From Dehalococcoidia bacterium (GTDB taxonomy: Bacteria; Chloroflexota; Dehalococcoidia; Plut-88900), in assembly GCA_965207225.1 (NCBI GenBank), contig CBDBLV010000002.1:160001-224000 (forward strand): a stretch of 64,000 nucleotides of DNA, read 5' to 3'. The position numbers and the translations under genes were made by a program. Shown one piece after another: positions 38,959 through 47,866 of this stretch. Below the pieces are notes generated by a model that was not told where the DNA came from, searched no databases, and saw only the letters and a program-made list of their open reading frames with translations. The first letter of the stretch is position 1. Each line of letters starts with the position of its first letter.

Positions 38959-40151
38959 CGGGTCTCCTCATCCTTAACGTAGCCGTCCCCGTCTATGAAG
39001 TCCAGGACAGCATTCTCCATAGCGGGGTTTAAATAGCCGGACTTTTCCACGATGTATTCGGGGTAGATGGCGAGCCTTTCTCGCAGGTCGTAGCCGAGGG
39101 CCTGGGTGCGGTCCTTCAGTTCGGTGATCATGGGCCAGGCCTTCTCCGGGTTGATGAAGTCCCTGGTGACTGGGGAAACACCGCCCCAGTCGTTGATGCC
39201 AGAGGCCAGGTAGAACTGGTAGGCATCGGCGGTGAGGTTGGGAGGAGCCTGGATGTTCATTTCGGTTCCGAGGACGAGACGGGCCACAGCTATTGTGACG
39301 GCCATGTCCACGGCGGAGGGTTCGCTGTAGGCCCTCATTCGGGTGTCGGGCTTGGCGCGGAAGTTCTGGATGATGACTTCCTGGATGTGGCCGTAGTCTT
39401 CCTGGAGGTGCTTGATGGCGAAGAGGGTGTCGACGCGCTCATCAAGGGTCTCACCTATGCCGATGAGCATGCCCGTAGTGAAGGGGACTCGCAGTTCGCC
39501 GGCATAGCGCATGGTCTCAAGGCGGATGCGAGGGTCCTTGCCGATGCTGCCGAAGTGGGCCTGGCCTCTTTCCAGGAGTCGGGGGCTGGCATTTTCGAGC
39601 ATGAGGCCCATGCTGACGGTGACCTCTCGGAGGCGGGCGACCTCCTCGGGTTCGAGGACGCCGGAGTTGGAGTGGGGCAGGAGGCCGGTTTCTTCGAAGA
39701 CCAGACGGCACATGTCCACGAGGTAGTCGGTCATGGAGGGATACCCGAGCTCCTGGAGGTGGGTGCGGGCCAGCCTGTGTACGTCTTCGGGCTTTTCACC
39801 GAGGCTGAAGAGAGCCTCCTTGCAACCGGCGCGGCGACCGGCCTTCGCCACGGCGAGGACTTCGTCGGGGGTCATGGTCTTGGCGTCGGGGTGCTTGGGG
39901 CCCTTGACGAAGGTGCAGTATCCGCAGCGGTCCCGACAGAGGTTGGTAAGGGGGATGAAGACCTTTCGGGAGTAGGCGACACGACGCCCCTTGGTCCTTT
40001 CGGTGAGCCTGGCGGAGCAGGCCAGGAGAGCGGGGATATCGGGGCCCTGGACCCGGATGAGGCTGCAGGCGTCCTCCCTGGATACGGGCCTGCCATCCAG
40101 GGCGTCTTCGAGGAGACGCTGGACAGGGGTATCGGTGGAAAGGTAGACCAA
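38952..40151 (-). CDS. cofG: FO synthase subunit 1 (radical SAM)
   Basis: 'YSRKVFIPLTNLCRDRCGYCTF', 'IQAPPNL', 'DWGGVSP'. Confidence 0.93.
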   Translation of the reverse strand: MVYLSTDTPVQRLLEDALDGRPVSREDACSLIRVQGPDIPALLACSARLTERTKGRRVAYSRKVFIPLTNLCRDRCGYCTFVKGPKHPDAKTMTPDEVLAVAKAGRRAGCKEALFSLGEKPEDVHRLARTHLQELGYPSMTDYLVDMCRLVFEETGLLPHSNSGVLEPEEVARLREVTVSMGLMLENASPRLLERGQAHFGSIGKDPRIRLETMRYAGELRVPFTTGMLIGIGETLDERVDTLFAIKHLQEDYGHIQEVIIQNFRAKPDTRMRAYSEPSAVDMAVTIAVARLVLGTEMNIQAPPNLTADAYQFYLASGINDWGGVSPVTRDFINPEKAWPMITELKDRTQALGYDLRERLAIYPEYIVEKSGYLNPAMENAVLDFIDGDGYVKDEETRW

Positions 40152-40343
40152 GGGTGTCTCCGGGAGCGGCGGTTACCGTAGAGTCGTCAAGGTCGGGTGC
40201 GGGGTCACAAATCGGGGGTCAAACAGGCGTCGCATCGGGATGGGCGTGAGTCTATCCGCGCACCTGGGGAATGTCAAATGACCGGGGGCCGGGCTATTCG
40301 GTTGTGGGGGTGGGGTTTTGATTGTTCTTTCGGGTTTTGGGTC

Positions 40344-40676
40344 GGCGATGGAAGGTCCGGGACTCAGGCGCAGGGGGGCGGGTATGCCTGCCCTGCGGAT
40401 ATTCGGCGGGTCTATGGTTAGGTGAACGGGTCAGGCAGTCCACCATAGAGGTTGAACCACCGAAAGAGCGGGCAAAGCCCGCCAGAGTCGTCGTGGTAGA
40501 CGCCAGAGGAATCCGACTTATCGACGGGATTCCCAACAAGGCCTGTTGCGGCCTTCAGACGTGCCGACAAGGTCAATGCCGGTGGCGTAGATGCGGTTCT
40601 TGCGGTATCCGCACAGACGGCATGCTCTTTCAAAGAGAGTGCACCGTAAGAGTATTGTGGACCTTCCATCGCCTGG
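40344..40676 (-). ncRNA. Putative large structured ncRNA, copy A
   Basis: Perfect 15-bp inverted repeat 40344-40358/40659-40673 enclosing many hairpins; homologous promoter and tail. Confidence 0.55.
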
Positions 40677-40901
40677 ATGGATGGGGAAGGGGCACGGGAC
40701 CCGTGGTGAGGAGACAACACTCTTAGCTTGAGCCTCGGGCCTGCGCGAGGGCCGTTGGGATGGGCCAGGGCGTTGAGTCCCCCGACCCCCGACTGCTCGG
40801 GGGCAGGCTTTCTCGGGGGCGATGCCTTGGGTCGGGTCTCGGGGCTTCCCTGGGTTTTTGGTTCCTCCTTGTGTTACTGAATTTCTGTTCGAACGCAGGA
40901 T

Positions 40902-40930
40902 ATGATAGTACGGTCGGACAGATGTGTCAA
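40902..40930 (-). promoter_or_regulatory. sigma70 promoter of element copy A
   Basis: TTGACA-N17-TATCAT, near-identical to 49114-49142. Confidence 0.7.
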
Positions 40931-40978
40931 GGGCAAATGTGCGGCTTTTTGGGGAGAATATCCCCCCGGTCCTCCCCA

Positions 40979-41560
40979 AGGGAACCCTCACCCCCTTGGT
41001 CCCTCTCTCCCCCGTATCGGAGTACGGGGCAGGCTCAGGGCCTATAAGGGAGAGGGGGAGAGGAGAACAGAGGCCCGCGTGGGTGCGACGCACCCACGCG
41101 GGCCTCTAGTTCAGTACTGGGGGAGGGATGGTTCGGTTTTGAAGGAGCGATCCAAGTCTTAGCGTGTATGGCGGACAGGGTACCCACGAGGGGCACCCCT
41201 ACAGGGAGGGATAAATATGAGTCCCACCCGCCCGCCCTGTTTTATTTGAATTATCAGAAATGCTGCCAAGCAGCATTTCTGATAATTCGTTACCAGGGGG
41301 GATGTCAGGAAGAAGTGAGAGTGGCAAGGATTGGGGTAGGGTTAAGGAGGGGCGCTTGAGATTCCTCGCGGAGCCTCGGGATGACAAGAGGGGAAGGTGG
41401 TTGTTGGTGATGGAAGGGCGAGACGGGTTGACAAGGTGTGGGGCACCCCCCGCTGCCCCGGGATCACCCTCACCCCAGCCCTCTCCCGTCGAGGGAGAGG
41501 GGGTAAGGACACCCCACCCAACCCCGCAGGATGGATTCCGGCTCGGGGGCCGGAATGACG
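40979..41560. repeat. Palindromic repeat cluster (composite hairpin unit, CCCCTAC REP, GATTCC..GAATGAC, CCCTCACCCC..CTCTCCC types)
   Basis: 40979-41128 resembles the reverse complement of 19166-19315; additional short inverted repeats. Confidence 0.7.
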
Positions 41561-41665
41561 GGAGGAAGGGGGTCGGAATGATGGGAAAGGAAGGTTGGGA
41601 TGGTAGGAGGGTTGGGTGTGATATCATCGAAGTGACCCCAGAGACGCCCTTTTTTCGGAGGAAGC

Positions 41666-42025
41666 ATGAACGTAATTGACCCTGAAAACATCGCCAAGCA
41701 GATAAGCACCATGCCCATATTCACTGGGGGAGAAGTGAAGGTGCAGCCACTGGTGAGCACGGAGCACACCGACACCCTGAACATGCTGCACGTTCACTTC
41801 GCGGCCGGGGCCCGGACGAAGTTCCACACCCATACCAACGACCAGGTCCTGCTGGCCACCGAGGGAGAGGGGATAGTCGCGACACGGGAGCGGGAGCAGG
41901 TGATGACGCCGGGGATGGTGATCCACGTGCCGCCCGGAGAGGTGCACTGGCACGGGGCGACGAAGCACTCGGCGTTTTCCCACATTTCCATCAACCCTGC
42001 GATGGAAACCGAGATAGTTGAATAG
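41666..42025 (+). CDS. Cupin-domain protein
   Basis: 'FAAGARTKFHTH', 'PGEVHWHGA'. Confidence 0.88.
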   Translation: MNVIDPENIAKQISTMPIFTGGEVKVQPLVSTEHTDTLNMLHVHFAAGARTKFHTHTNDQVLLATEGEGIVATREREQVMTPGMVIHVPPGEVHWHGATKHSAFSHISINPAMETEIVE

Positions 42026-42046
42026 GCGGCGCAAGTGAAAGCAAAC

Positions 42047-42466
42047 ATGAATTGTCCCAGGTGCGACGTGGGCCTGGATATCGAGCAGCACAAGGGCATA
42101 GAGATCGACAGGTGCCCTCGATGCGAGGGCCTGTGGCTGGACCACGTGGAGCTAGACCAGCTGGAGGACACTGCGTTCGACAAGGACGAGCTGAAGGGGA
42201 TGATGGAGTACAACCCCCGGACGAGCGAAATCGACTGCCCGAGGTGCGGGGCCCGGATGACGACCTTCAACTACCGGGCCTACAACCTGCCGATTGACAC
42301 CTGCAAGGAAGAGCACGGGTACTGGCTGGACAAGGGCGAGGACAAGCGGGTCATAGAGATAATGAAGCAGCGGATCAAGGACCTGGACCGGAAATCCAAG
42401 GCAGAAGCGCAGTGGTACGGATTTCTGTCGAAGCTGGGCAGGAAGAAGGGCGGGCTTTTCGGATAG
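42047..42466 (+). CDS. zf-TFIIB-type double zinc-ribbon protein
   Basis: 'CPRC...IDRCPRCEGLWLD' repeated twice. Confidence 0.85.
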   Translation: MNCPRCDVGLDIEQHKGIEIDRCPRCEGLWLDHVELDQLEDTAFDKDELKGMMEYNPRTSEIDCPRCGARMTTFNYRAYNLPIDTCKEEHGYWLDKGEDKRVIEIMKQRIKDLDRKSKAEAQWYGFLSKLGRKKGGLFG

Positions 42467-42628
42467 GGCCCGTGTCCATTGGCTTAGGGCGGGCTTGGTA
42501 TAATGGTTGAGTCGGGGGGAGTTCCACAGACAATGCGAGGTCCCAGGGGACCCGCGAATTTCACGTAACGGGTATCGGGAGGCCCTTTTAGTCCTGGCAG
42601 AGGCCTCAGCCTGGAGGGAGATGAGACC

Positions 42629-42937
42629 ATGCTTGTACGGGTGCTTATAGAGAGACACATCAAAGAGGGCCACGAGTCCGAGGCGGCGGACAAGATCCTG
42701 GAGATGAGAAAGCAGGCCACGACTTTTCCGGGCTATGTGTCGGGGGAGACGCTGGCCGACACGGCAGACCACCAGACGGTGATTATCGTCAGCACGTGGC
42801 ACTCCAGGGAAGACTGGCAGAAGTGGGACGCCAGCCCGGAGCACCGGGCATCCGCCAAATCGCTGGAGCCGCTTCTTGAGGGGCCGGCGACCGTGAGGAC
42901 GTTCGTGAACCCGTGGGATGCGCTGCTGGACAGCTAG
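42629..42937 (+). CDS. Antibiotic biosynthesis monooxygenase (ABM)-family protein
   Basis: 'FPGYVSGETL...STWHSREDWQKW'. Confidence 0.85.
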   Translation: MLVRVLIERHIKEGHESEAADKILEMRKQATTFPGYVSGETLADTADHQTVIIVSTWHSREDWQKWDASPEHRASAKSLEPLLEGPATVRTFVNPWDALLDS

Positions 42938-42963
42938 CAAGCCGGACTTAGCGGTCTAGTCCT

Positions 42964-43971
42964 CTAGCTGAATAGGAAGCCTTCTTTGAGGGGGTCCCGG
43001 GGGTCGATGAGGAACTGGTGGGAACCGGTTATGTATGCCGAACCTGTAACCTCCGGTATCACCGCCGGATAGCCGTCCACCCTTCCCTCCTCCACAATCC
43101 TGCTCTTGAATACCGTGCCCAGTATGCTTTCGTTGACGAACTCCTCGCCGATGCCTATGCGGCCCTGAGCGTGAAGGAGGGCGAGTCGGGCGGAGGTGCA
43201 GGTACCGCAGGGCGACCTGTCGAAGGAGCTCTGGGCGAAGACCATCATGTTGCGGGCATGGATGCCGGGTGAAGGGTTGTCGACGTACATGATGACACCA
43301 TGCAGGGGGCTAATCCCGGCCTCGGTGGGGTGGCTGATTTCGAGCTGGTCCAGGGCGGCGTCCCGGAAAGCGATGCCGCGCTCCACAAGCCGGTTAACGT
43401 TGCCCGGCACAAGCTCCAACCCCAGCCGCTCCACGGGGAGGACCGCATAGAAATTACCGCCGTAGACGATGTCGGCAAGGACCTTGCCGCCTTGGAAATC
43501 GACTTGGACATCCTGCATATAGACAAAGGATGGCACGTTTCGCAACGTTATTTCCTTGACGTTGCCATCGTGGTCCACGGCGGCTCGGGCGTGGACCGTG
43601 CCACTCACAGTGTCGAGCCGCACCTCGGTATAGGGATGGACGGGGGTGATCCAGCCGGTCTCGATGAGGGTGGTAACGATGCCGATTGTGCCGTGACCGC
43701 ACATTCCCTGAAAGTCGAGGGAGTCCATAAACAGAACGCCGATATCGCTGTCTTCGTTAACCGGGGCCGTGATGACTGCGAGGATGATCTCCGCATTGCC
43801 GCGAGGCTCGAGAGTTAGGGCTTTCCAAACGGAGCCCAGATTTTTGGAAAAGAACTCACGCTTGTCGGCCATGGTCGGGCCCGGGATGTGGGGAATGCCG
43901 CCGGTGATCATGCGGGTGCGTTCGCCCGCAGTGTGGGAATCGATGGTGGAAATTACTCTCTGAGTCTTCAC
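42964..43971 (-). CDS. Proline racemase/hydroxyproline epimerase family
   Basis: 'DSHTAGE', 'MCGHG', 'DRSPCGTCT'. Confidence 0.9.
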   Translation of the reverse strand: MKTQRVISTIDSHTAGERTRMITGGIPHIPGPTMADKREFFSKNLGSVWKALTLEPRGNAEIILAVITAPVNEDSDIGVLFMDSLDFQGMCGHGTIGIVTTLIETGWITPVHPYTEVRLDTVSGTVHARAAVDHDGNVKEITLRNVPSFVYMQDVQVDFQGGKVLADIVYGGNFYAVLPVERLGLELVPGNVNRLVERGIAFRDAALDQLEISHPTEAGISPLHGVIMYVDNPSPGIHARNMMVFAQSSFDRSPCGTCTSARLALLHAQGRIGIGEEFVNESILGTVFKSRIVEEGRVDGYPAVIPEVTGSAYITGSHQFLIDPRDPLKEGFLFS

Positions 43972-43991
43972 TGCCCCTCAACCAGTTCCTT

Positions 43992-44999
43992 CTAACCCAG
44001 CAGGAAACCCTCTTTGAGCGGGTCCCGGGGGTCGATGAAGAACTGGTGGGAGCCGGTCAGGTACGCCGAGCCCGTGACCTCCGGCACGATTGCCGGATAG
44101 CCGTCCACCCGACTCTCCTCTACTATCCGGCTTCGGAAGACCGTGCCGAGAATGCTTTCGTGGATGAACTCTTCGCCCACGCCGATTCTGCCCTGGGCGT
44201 GAAGAAGGGCCAGCCGGGCGGAGGTGCCGGTGCCGCAGGGCGACCTGTCGAAGGAATGCTGGGCAAAGGTCATGATGTTGCGGGCATGAATGCCGGGGGA
44301 GGGGTTGTCGACGTACATCTCGACACCGTGCAGGGGGTTGATTCCGGGCTCGGTGGGATGACTGATTTCAAGCTGGTCCCGAGCGGCGTCCCGGAAAGCG
44401 ATGCCGCGCTCCACGAGCCTGCCGACATTGCCGGGGGCCAGCTCCAGGCCCAGACGCTCCACGGGCAGAATCGCAAAGAAGTTTCCGCCGTATACGATGT
44501 CCGTCAGGACTTTCCCTCCGTCGAAGTCGACCTGGGCGTCCTGCATGTAGACGAAGGATGGGACGTTACGCAGTGTCACTTCCTTGACGTTGCCCTCGTG
44601 GTCCACGGCGGCCCGGGCGTACACCGAGCCGGTCAGGGTGTCGAGCCGCACCTCGGTATAGGGATGGACGGGGGTGATCTGGCCGGTCTCGATGAGCGTT
44701 GTGACGATGCCGATTGTGCCGTGGCCGCACATGCCTTCGAAGCCGAGGGAGTCCATGAACATAACGCCGATATCGCTGCCTTCGTTCACGGGATCGGTAA
44801 TCACTGCGACGATGATCTCGGCATCTCCGCGGGGCTCTAGGGTGAGGACCTTGCGGACGAAATCCAGGTTTTGGGAGAAGAACTCCCGCTTGTCGGCCAT
44901 GGTCGGGCCCGGGATGTTGGGGATGCCGCCGGTGACCATGCGCGTGCGTTCGCCCGCGGTGTGGGAATCTATGGTTGAGATAATCCTCTGAGCCTTCAT
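43992..44999 (-). CDS. Proline racemase/hydroxyproline epimerase family (tandem paralogue)
   Basis: 'DSHTAGE', 'MCGHG', 'DRSPCGTGT'; 335 aa from ATG 44999. Confidence 0.9.
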   Translation of the reverse strand: MKAQRIISTIDSHTAGERTRMVTGGIPNIPGPTMADKREFFSQNLDFVRKVLTLEPRGDAEIIVAVITDPVNEGSDIGVMFMDSLGFEGMCGHGTIGIVTTLIETGQITPVHPYTEVRLDTLTGSVYARAAVDHEGNVKEVTLRNVPSFVYMQDAQVDFDGGKVLTDIVYGGNFFAILPVERLGLELAPGNVGRLVERGIAFRDAARDQLEISHPTEPGINPLHGVEMYVDNPSPGIHARNIMTFAQHSFDRSPCGTGTSARLALLHAQGRIGVGEEFIHESILGTVFRSRIVEESRVDGYPAIVPEVTGSAYLTGSHQFFIDPRDPLKEGFLLG

Positions 45000-45100
45000 G
45001 ACCCTGCCCCCGATGCCAAGTGTGGGGCCATTGTACAACAGGCGCGGGTGATAATATGAGGTCGGGTTTCGGCCCCAGACCAGGAGCAAGGAGAGTCGTC

Positions 45101-45439
45101 ATGCCGTTCTATGACCCGAAGGCGCTGAAGGGCAAGGAGATTGCGCCGGGGGCGCATATACAGCCGTTGTGGGGAGACAAGGTGATGATGGTGTACATCA
45201 CGCTGGAGCCCGGGGCGGAGGTGCCCCTCCATACCCATCCCCACGAGCAGGCCGGCATGTGCCTGGAGGGAGAGTTCGAGCTGACGATAGACGGTGAAGC
45301 GCGGATGGTGAAGGAAGGGGACGCCTACCTTGTGCCGTCGGGGGTGGAGCACCGGGCGGTGGCGATTTCGGGTCGGGCGTTGGCGCTGGACATCTTTGCG
45401 CCGCCTCGGGAGGACTTCATAGCGCTGTTGGAGGATTGA
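45101..45439 (+). CDS. Cupin-domain protein
   Basis: 'LEPGAEVPLHTHPHEQAG', 'LDIFAPPRED'. Confidence 0.88.
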   Translation: MPFYDPKALKGKEIAPGAHIQPLWGDKVMMVYITLEPGAEVPLHTHPHEQAGMCLEGEFELTIDGEARMVKEGDAYLVPSGVEHRAVAISGRALALDIFAPPREDFIALLED

Positions 45440-45669
45440 ATAAAACGCGTCGATGCATTCCAAAACCCCTTGGAAAGGGAGTCGGGTTGTAGTATAGTCA
45501 CGGGAACTAAGCTGTTCAGTCATCCGCTCGGGCCTCTAATTTTTCTATTGGAAAGGGGGTGGGCAGGGTAGGCAAACCGTTAGTTCATCTTGGCGGATTC
45601 CGAGGACCAACACCCGGCGGTCGCCAATAACTCTTTCCCTCGGAAATAACAGAAACTACGGAGGATGCT

Positions 45670-46173
45670 ATGGCTTGGGAATACTACCTGGGTTCCCTGC
45701 GGTGGTTACACATAATCGCAGGGATTACCTGGATCGGGCTCCTTTACTACTTCAACTTTGTCCAGACCCCTTCGTTCCCCAAATTTGAAGGCAGCTCAAG
45801 GCGAGACGCTTTCATAAACCTGGTGCCGACGGCCCTGTTCTGGTTCCGGTGGGCTGCCCTCGTCACCATGTTTGCCGGAGTCGCGTGGATACTGTCCCGC
45901 GGCGTACAGCTTGGCTGGGACGGCTACGTGGGGTCGAATGCGTTCAACTCGATAACGATAGGCGCGGGCCTCGGGACGATCATGTTCCTGAACGTCTGGC
46001 TGATAATCTGGCCGAACCAGAAGAAGATTATCCAGGCCAACAAGGACGGAGAGGCCCCGGACCCCGCGTGGGTCAGCGCGGCGGGACAGGCCTCCCGGGT
46101 CAACACGCTTCTGTCCATCCCGATGCTCTTCTTCATGATCGCCGCCAGGCACCTGGGGGTCCTCTGGAGCTAG
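45670..46173 (+). CDS. Urate oxidase N-terminal (PuuD-like) membrane protein
   Basis: 'RWLHIIAGITWIGLLYYFNF', 'IMFLNVWLIIWPNQK', 'SRVNTLLSIPMLFFM'. Confidence 0.8.
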   Translation: MAWEYYLGSLRWLHIIAGITWIGLLYYFNFVQTPSFPKFEGSSRRDAFINLVPTALFWFRWAALVTMFAGVAWILSRGVQLGWDGYVGSNAFNSITIGAGLGTIMFLNVWLIIWPNQKKIIQANKDGEAPDPAWVSAAGQASRVNTLLSIPMLFFMIAARHLGVLWS

Positions 46174-46214
46174 AGCTAACGCAGGCAATACCTGTTTAAC
46201 GAAGGAGACGACAC

Positions 46215-46520
46215 ATGGAAGCGTTGCTAAAACCGATCTTTGCCGTATACGACCTGATTGCCAAGCCGCTGGCCGCGGTGCTCGAGCAAGTGCTCAAGGC
46301 GATCATGTCGATATTCGATGCGATTACACCGATACTCAGCCTGCCCTTCAAGATTCTAGAGATGATAATGCAGGTGTTTGAAGCTCCCTATGCAGCCATT
46401 TTCTCGCCGATATACAGGCCCTTCGGCGGGATACTGAGCGACCACAGGCTGGTCATCCTGACAGGGCTGCTGATGCTGGGGGTATTCATCCTGGTCATCA
46501 GGCTCACGCACGGGCTGTAA
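46215..46520 (+). CDS. Hypothetical membrane protein
   Basis: AAGGAG RBS; amphipathic repeats and a C-terminal TM. Confidence 0.6.
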   Translation: MEALLKPIFAVYDLIAKPLAAVLEQVLKAIMSIFDAITPILSLPFKILEMIMQVFEAPYAAIFSPIYRPFGGILSDHRLVILTGLLMLGVFILVIRLTHGL

Positions 46521-46544
46521 ACAGCACGGATACCGCTTGTGGAA

Positions 46545-46577
46545 AAAGGGGCCTCCCGCAAGTCGGGAGGCCCCTTT
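46545..46577. terminator. Intrinsic (possibly bidirectional) terminator
   Basis: AAAGGGGCCTCCCG-CAAGT-CGGGAGGCCCCTTT. Confidence 0.75.
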
Positions 46578-46654
46578 GCCATGCCCCGCCCCTAGACCCG
46601 TTTTTTAGCCCTGATGTATACTTTCGACAAATATCCCCCCACAGGAATTCGCCC

Positions 46655-47797
46655 ATGAAAGTTGTCTGTCTCCAAGAGAATTTAAGCGCCGCGCTGTCTG
46701 AAGTCGGGAGGGCGGTGGCGTCACGAACACCCCTTCCAATCACGAGCAATGTCCTGATATCTACGGACAACGGGCGTCTGCGGCTGTCGGCGACCAACCT
46801 GGAGCTGACGATAACCAACTGGATCGGGGCTAGGGTGGAGGAGGACGGGGTGGTAACGGTGCCGGCGCGGCTGTTGACGGAGTTCGTCGGGTCTCTGCCG
46901 TCGGAGGAGGTGACGCTGAACAGTGAGTCGGGGGGGAAGAGCCTGAACGTGACCTGCGCCCGGTTCGAGGCCAACATCTCGGGCACCGACCCCGAGGAGT
47001 TCCCCCCAACGCCGACCGTCGAGGACGGCCTGGAGGTGGATATTGCCCCGGACATGCTGAAGCAGGCGATAGACGGGGTGGCCTTCGCAGCAGCGACGGA
47101 AGACTCGAGGCCCGTGCTCACGGGGGTGCAGATCGAGCTCAAAGAGGGGACATTGGTGCTGGCGGCGGCGGACGGGTTCCGGCTGGCGGTGCACGAGACG
47201 AAGGTCGGGGAGGAGCTGCCGGATGGCGGCGCAATAATCGTCCCCGCGAAGTCGCTGCAGGAGGCGAGCCGGCTGTCGTCGGGGAAAGACCAGCCGGTCA
47301 AGATCAAGGTCAACGAAGGCAAGACCCAGGTGCTGTTCCAGTTCGAGAATGCGGCTGTGGTCTCCCAGCTCATACAGGGCACGTTCCCCAACTACAGCCA
47401 GCTGGTGCCGAAGGAGCACGCATCGAAGACTACGGTGGACGTGGGAGAGTTCGCGAGGGCTACGCGGGCGGCCTCGATATTTGCCCGGGACGGCAGCGGG
47501 ATCGTGCGGCTGCAGACTTCCGAAAGTGGAGAGGACAACGTGGGAGGGCTGTCGATTTCGGCCCGCTCAGAAGAGGTCGGGGACAACCAGGGTGAGATTT
47601 CCGCCACGGTGGAGGGAGACGCGGCGAAGATTGCCTTCAACAGCAAGTACCTGACGGAGGTGCTGGGCGTTCTGGGACACGGGATGGTGGCACTGGAAAC
47701 GTCCAGCCCGTCGAGCCCCGGGGTGCTGAGACCCGTATCTCCCAGCGAGGGCGTGACCTATGTTCACGTCGTCATGCCCATGTTCGTCCAGTGGTAG
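46655..47797 (+). CDS. dnaN: DNA polymerase III beta clamp
   Basis: 'SATNLE', 'RPVLTGV', 'AADGFRLA', 'GTFPNY', 'VVMPM'. Confidence 0.95.
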   Translation: MKVVCLQENLSAALSEVGRAVASRTPLPITSNVLISTDNGRLRLSATNLELTITNWIGARVEEDGVVTVPARLLTEFVGSLPSEEVTLNSESGGKSLNVTCARFEANISGTDPEEFPPTPTVEDGLEVDIAPDMLKQAIDGVAFAAATEDSRPVLTGVQIELKEGTLVLAAADGFRLAVHETKVGEELPDGGAIIVPAKSLQEASRLSSGKDQPVKIKVNEGKTQVLFQFENAAVVSQLIQGTFPNYSQLVPKEHASKTTVDVGEFARATRAASIFARDGSGIVRLQTSESGEDNVGGLSISARSEEVGDNQGEISATVEGDAAKIAFNSKYLTEVLGVLGHGMVALETSSPSSPGVLRPVSPSEGVTYVHVVMPMFVQW

Positions 47798-47866
47798 CCT
47801 GACCAGTCGCCGCCGCGTTTCCCGCTTCGGCCGGGGTCTTTTTCCTATTCAGCAGGGAGGTGCAAC

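Noticed and set aside
37831-38982. Long antisense ORFs (e.g. 37831-38982, 8786-9766, 53629-54606, 49460-50476)
   Set aside because: Shadow frames of well-supported genes, expected in high-GC DNA
42495-42628. Riboswitch upstream of the ABM gene
   Set aside because: TATAAT and a few GC hairpins, but no recognisable motif or second copy to support structure
45560-45630. c-di-GMP-I riboswitch (GGCAAACC)
   Set aside because: Lacks the GAAA tetraloop and the GACGCAAAG/P2 consensus
46530-46654. oriC next to dnaN
   Set aside because: Only one imperfect DnaA box (TGTGGAAAA ~46538-46546), no dnaA gene and no AT-rich unwinding element
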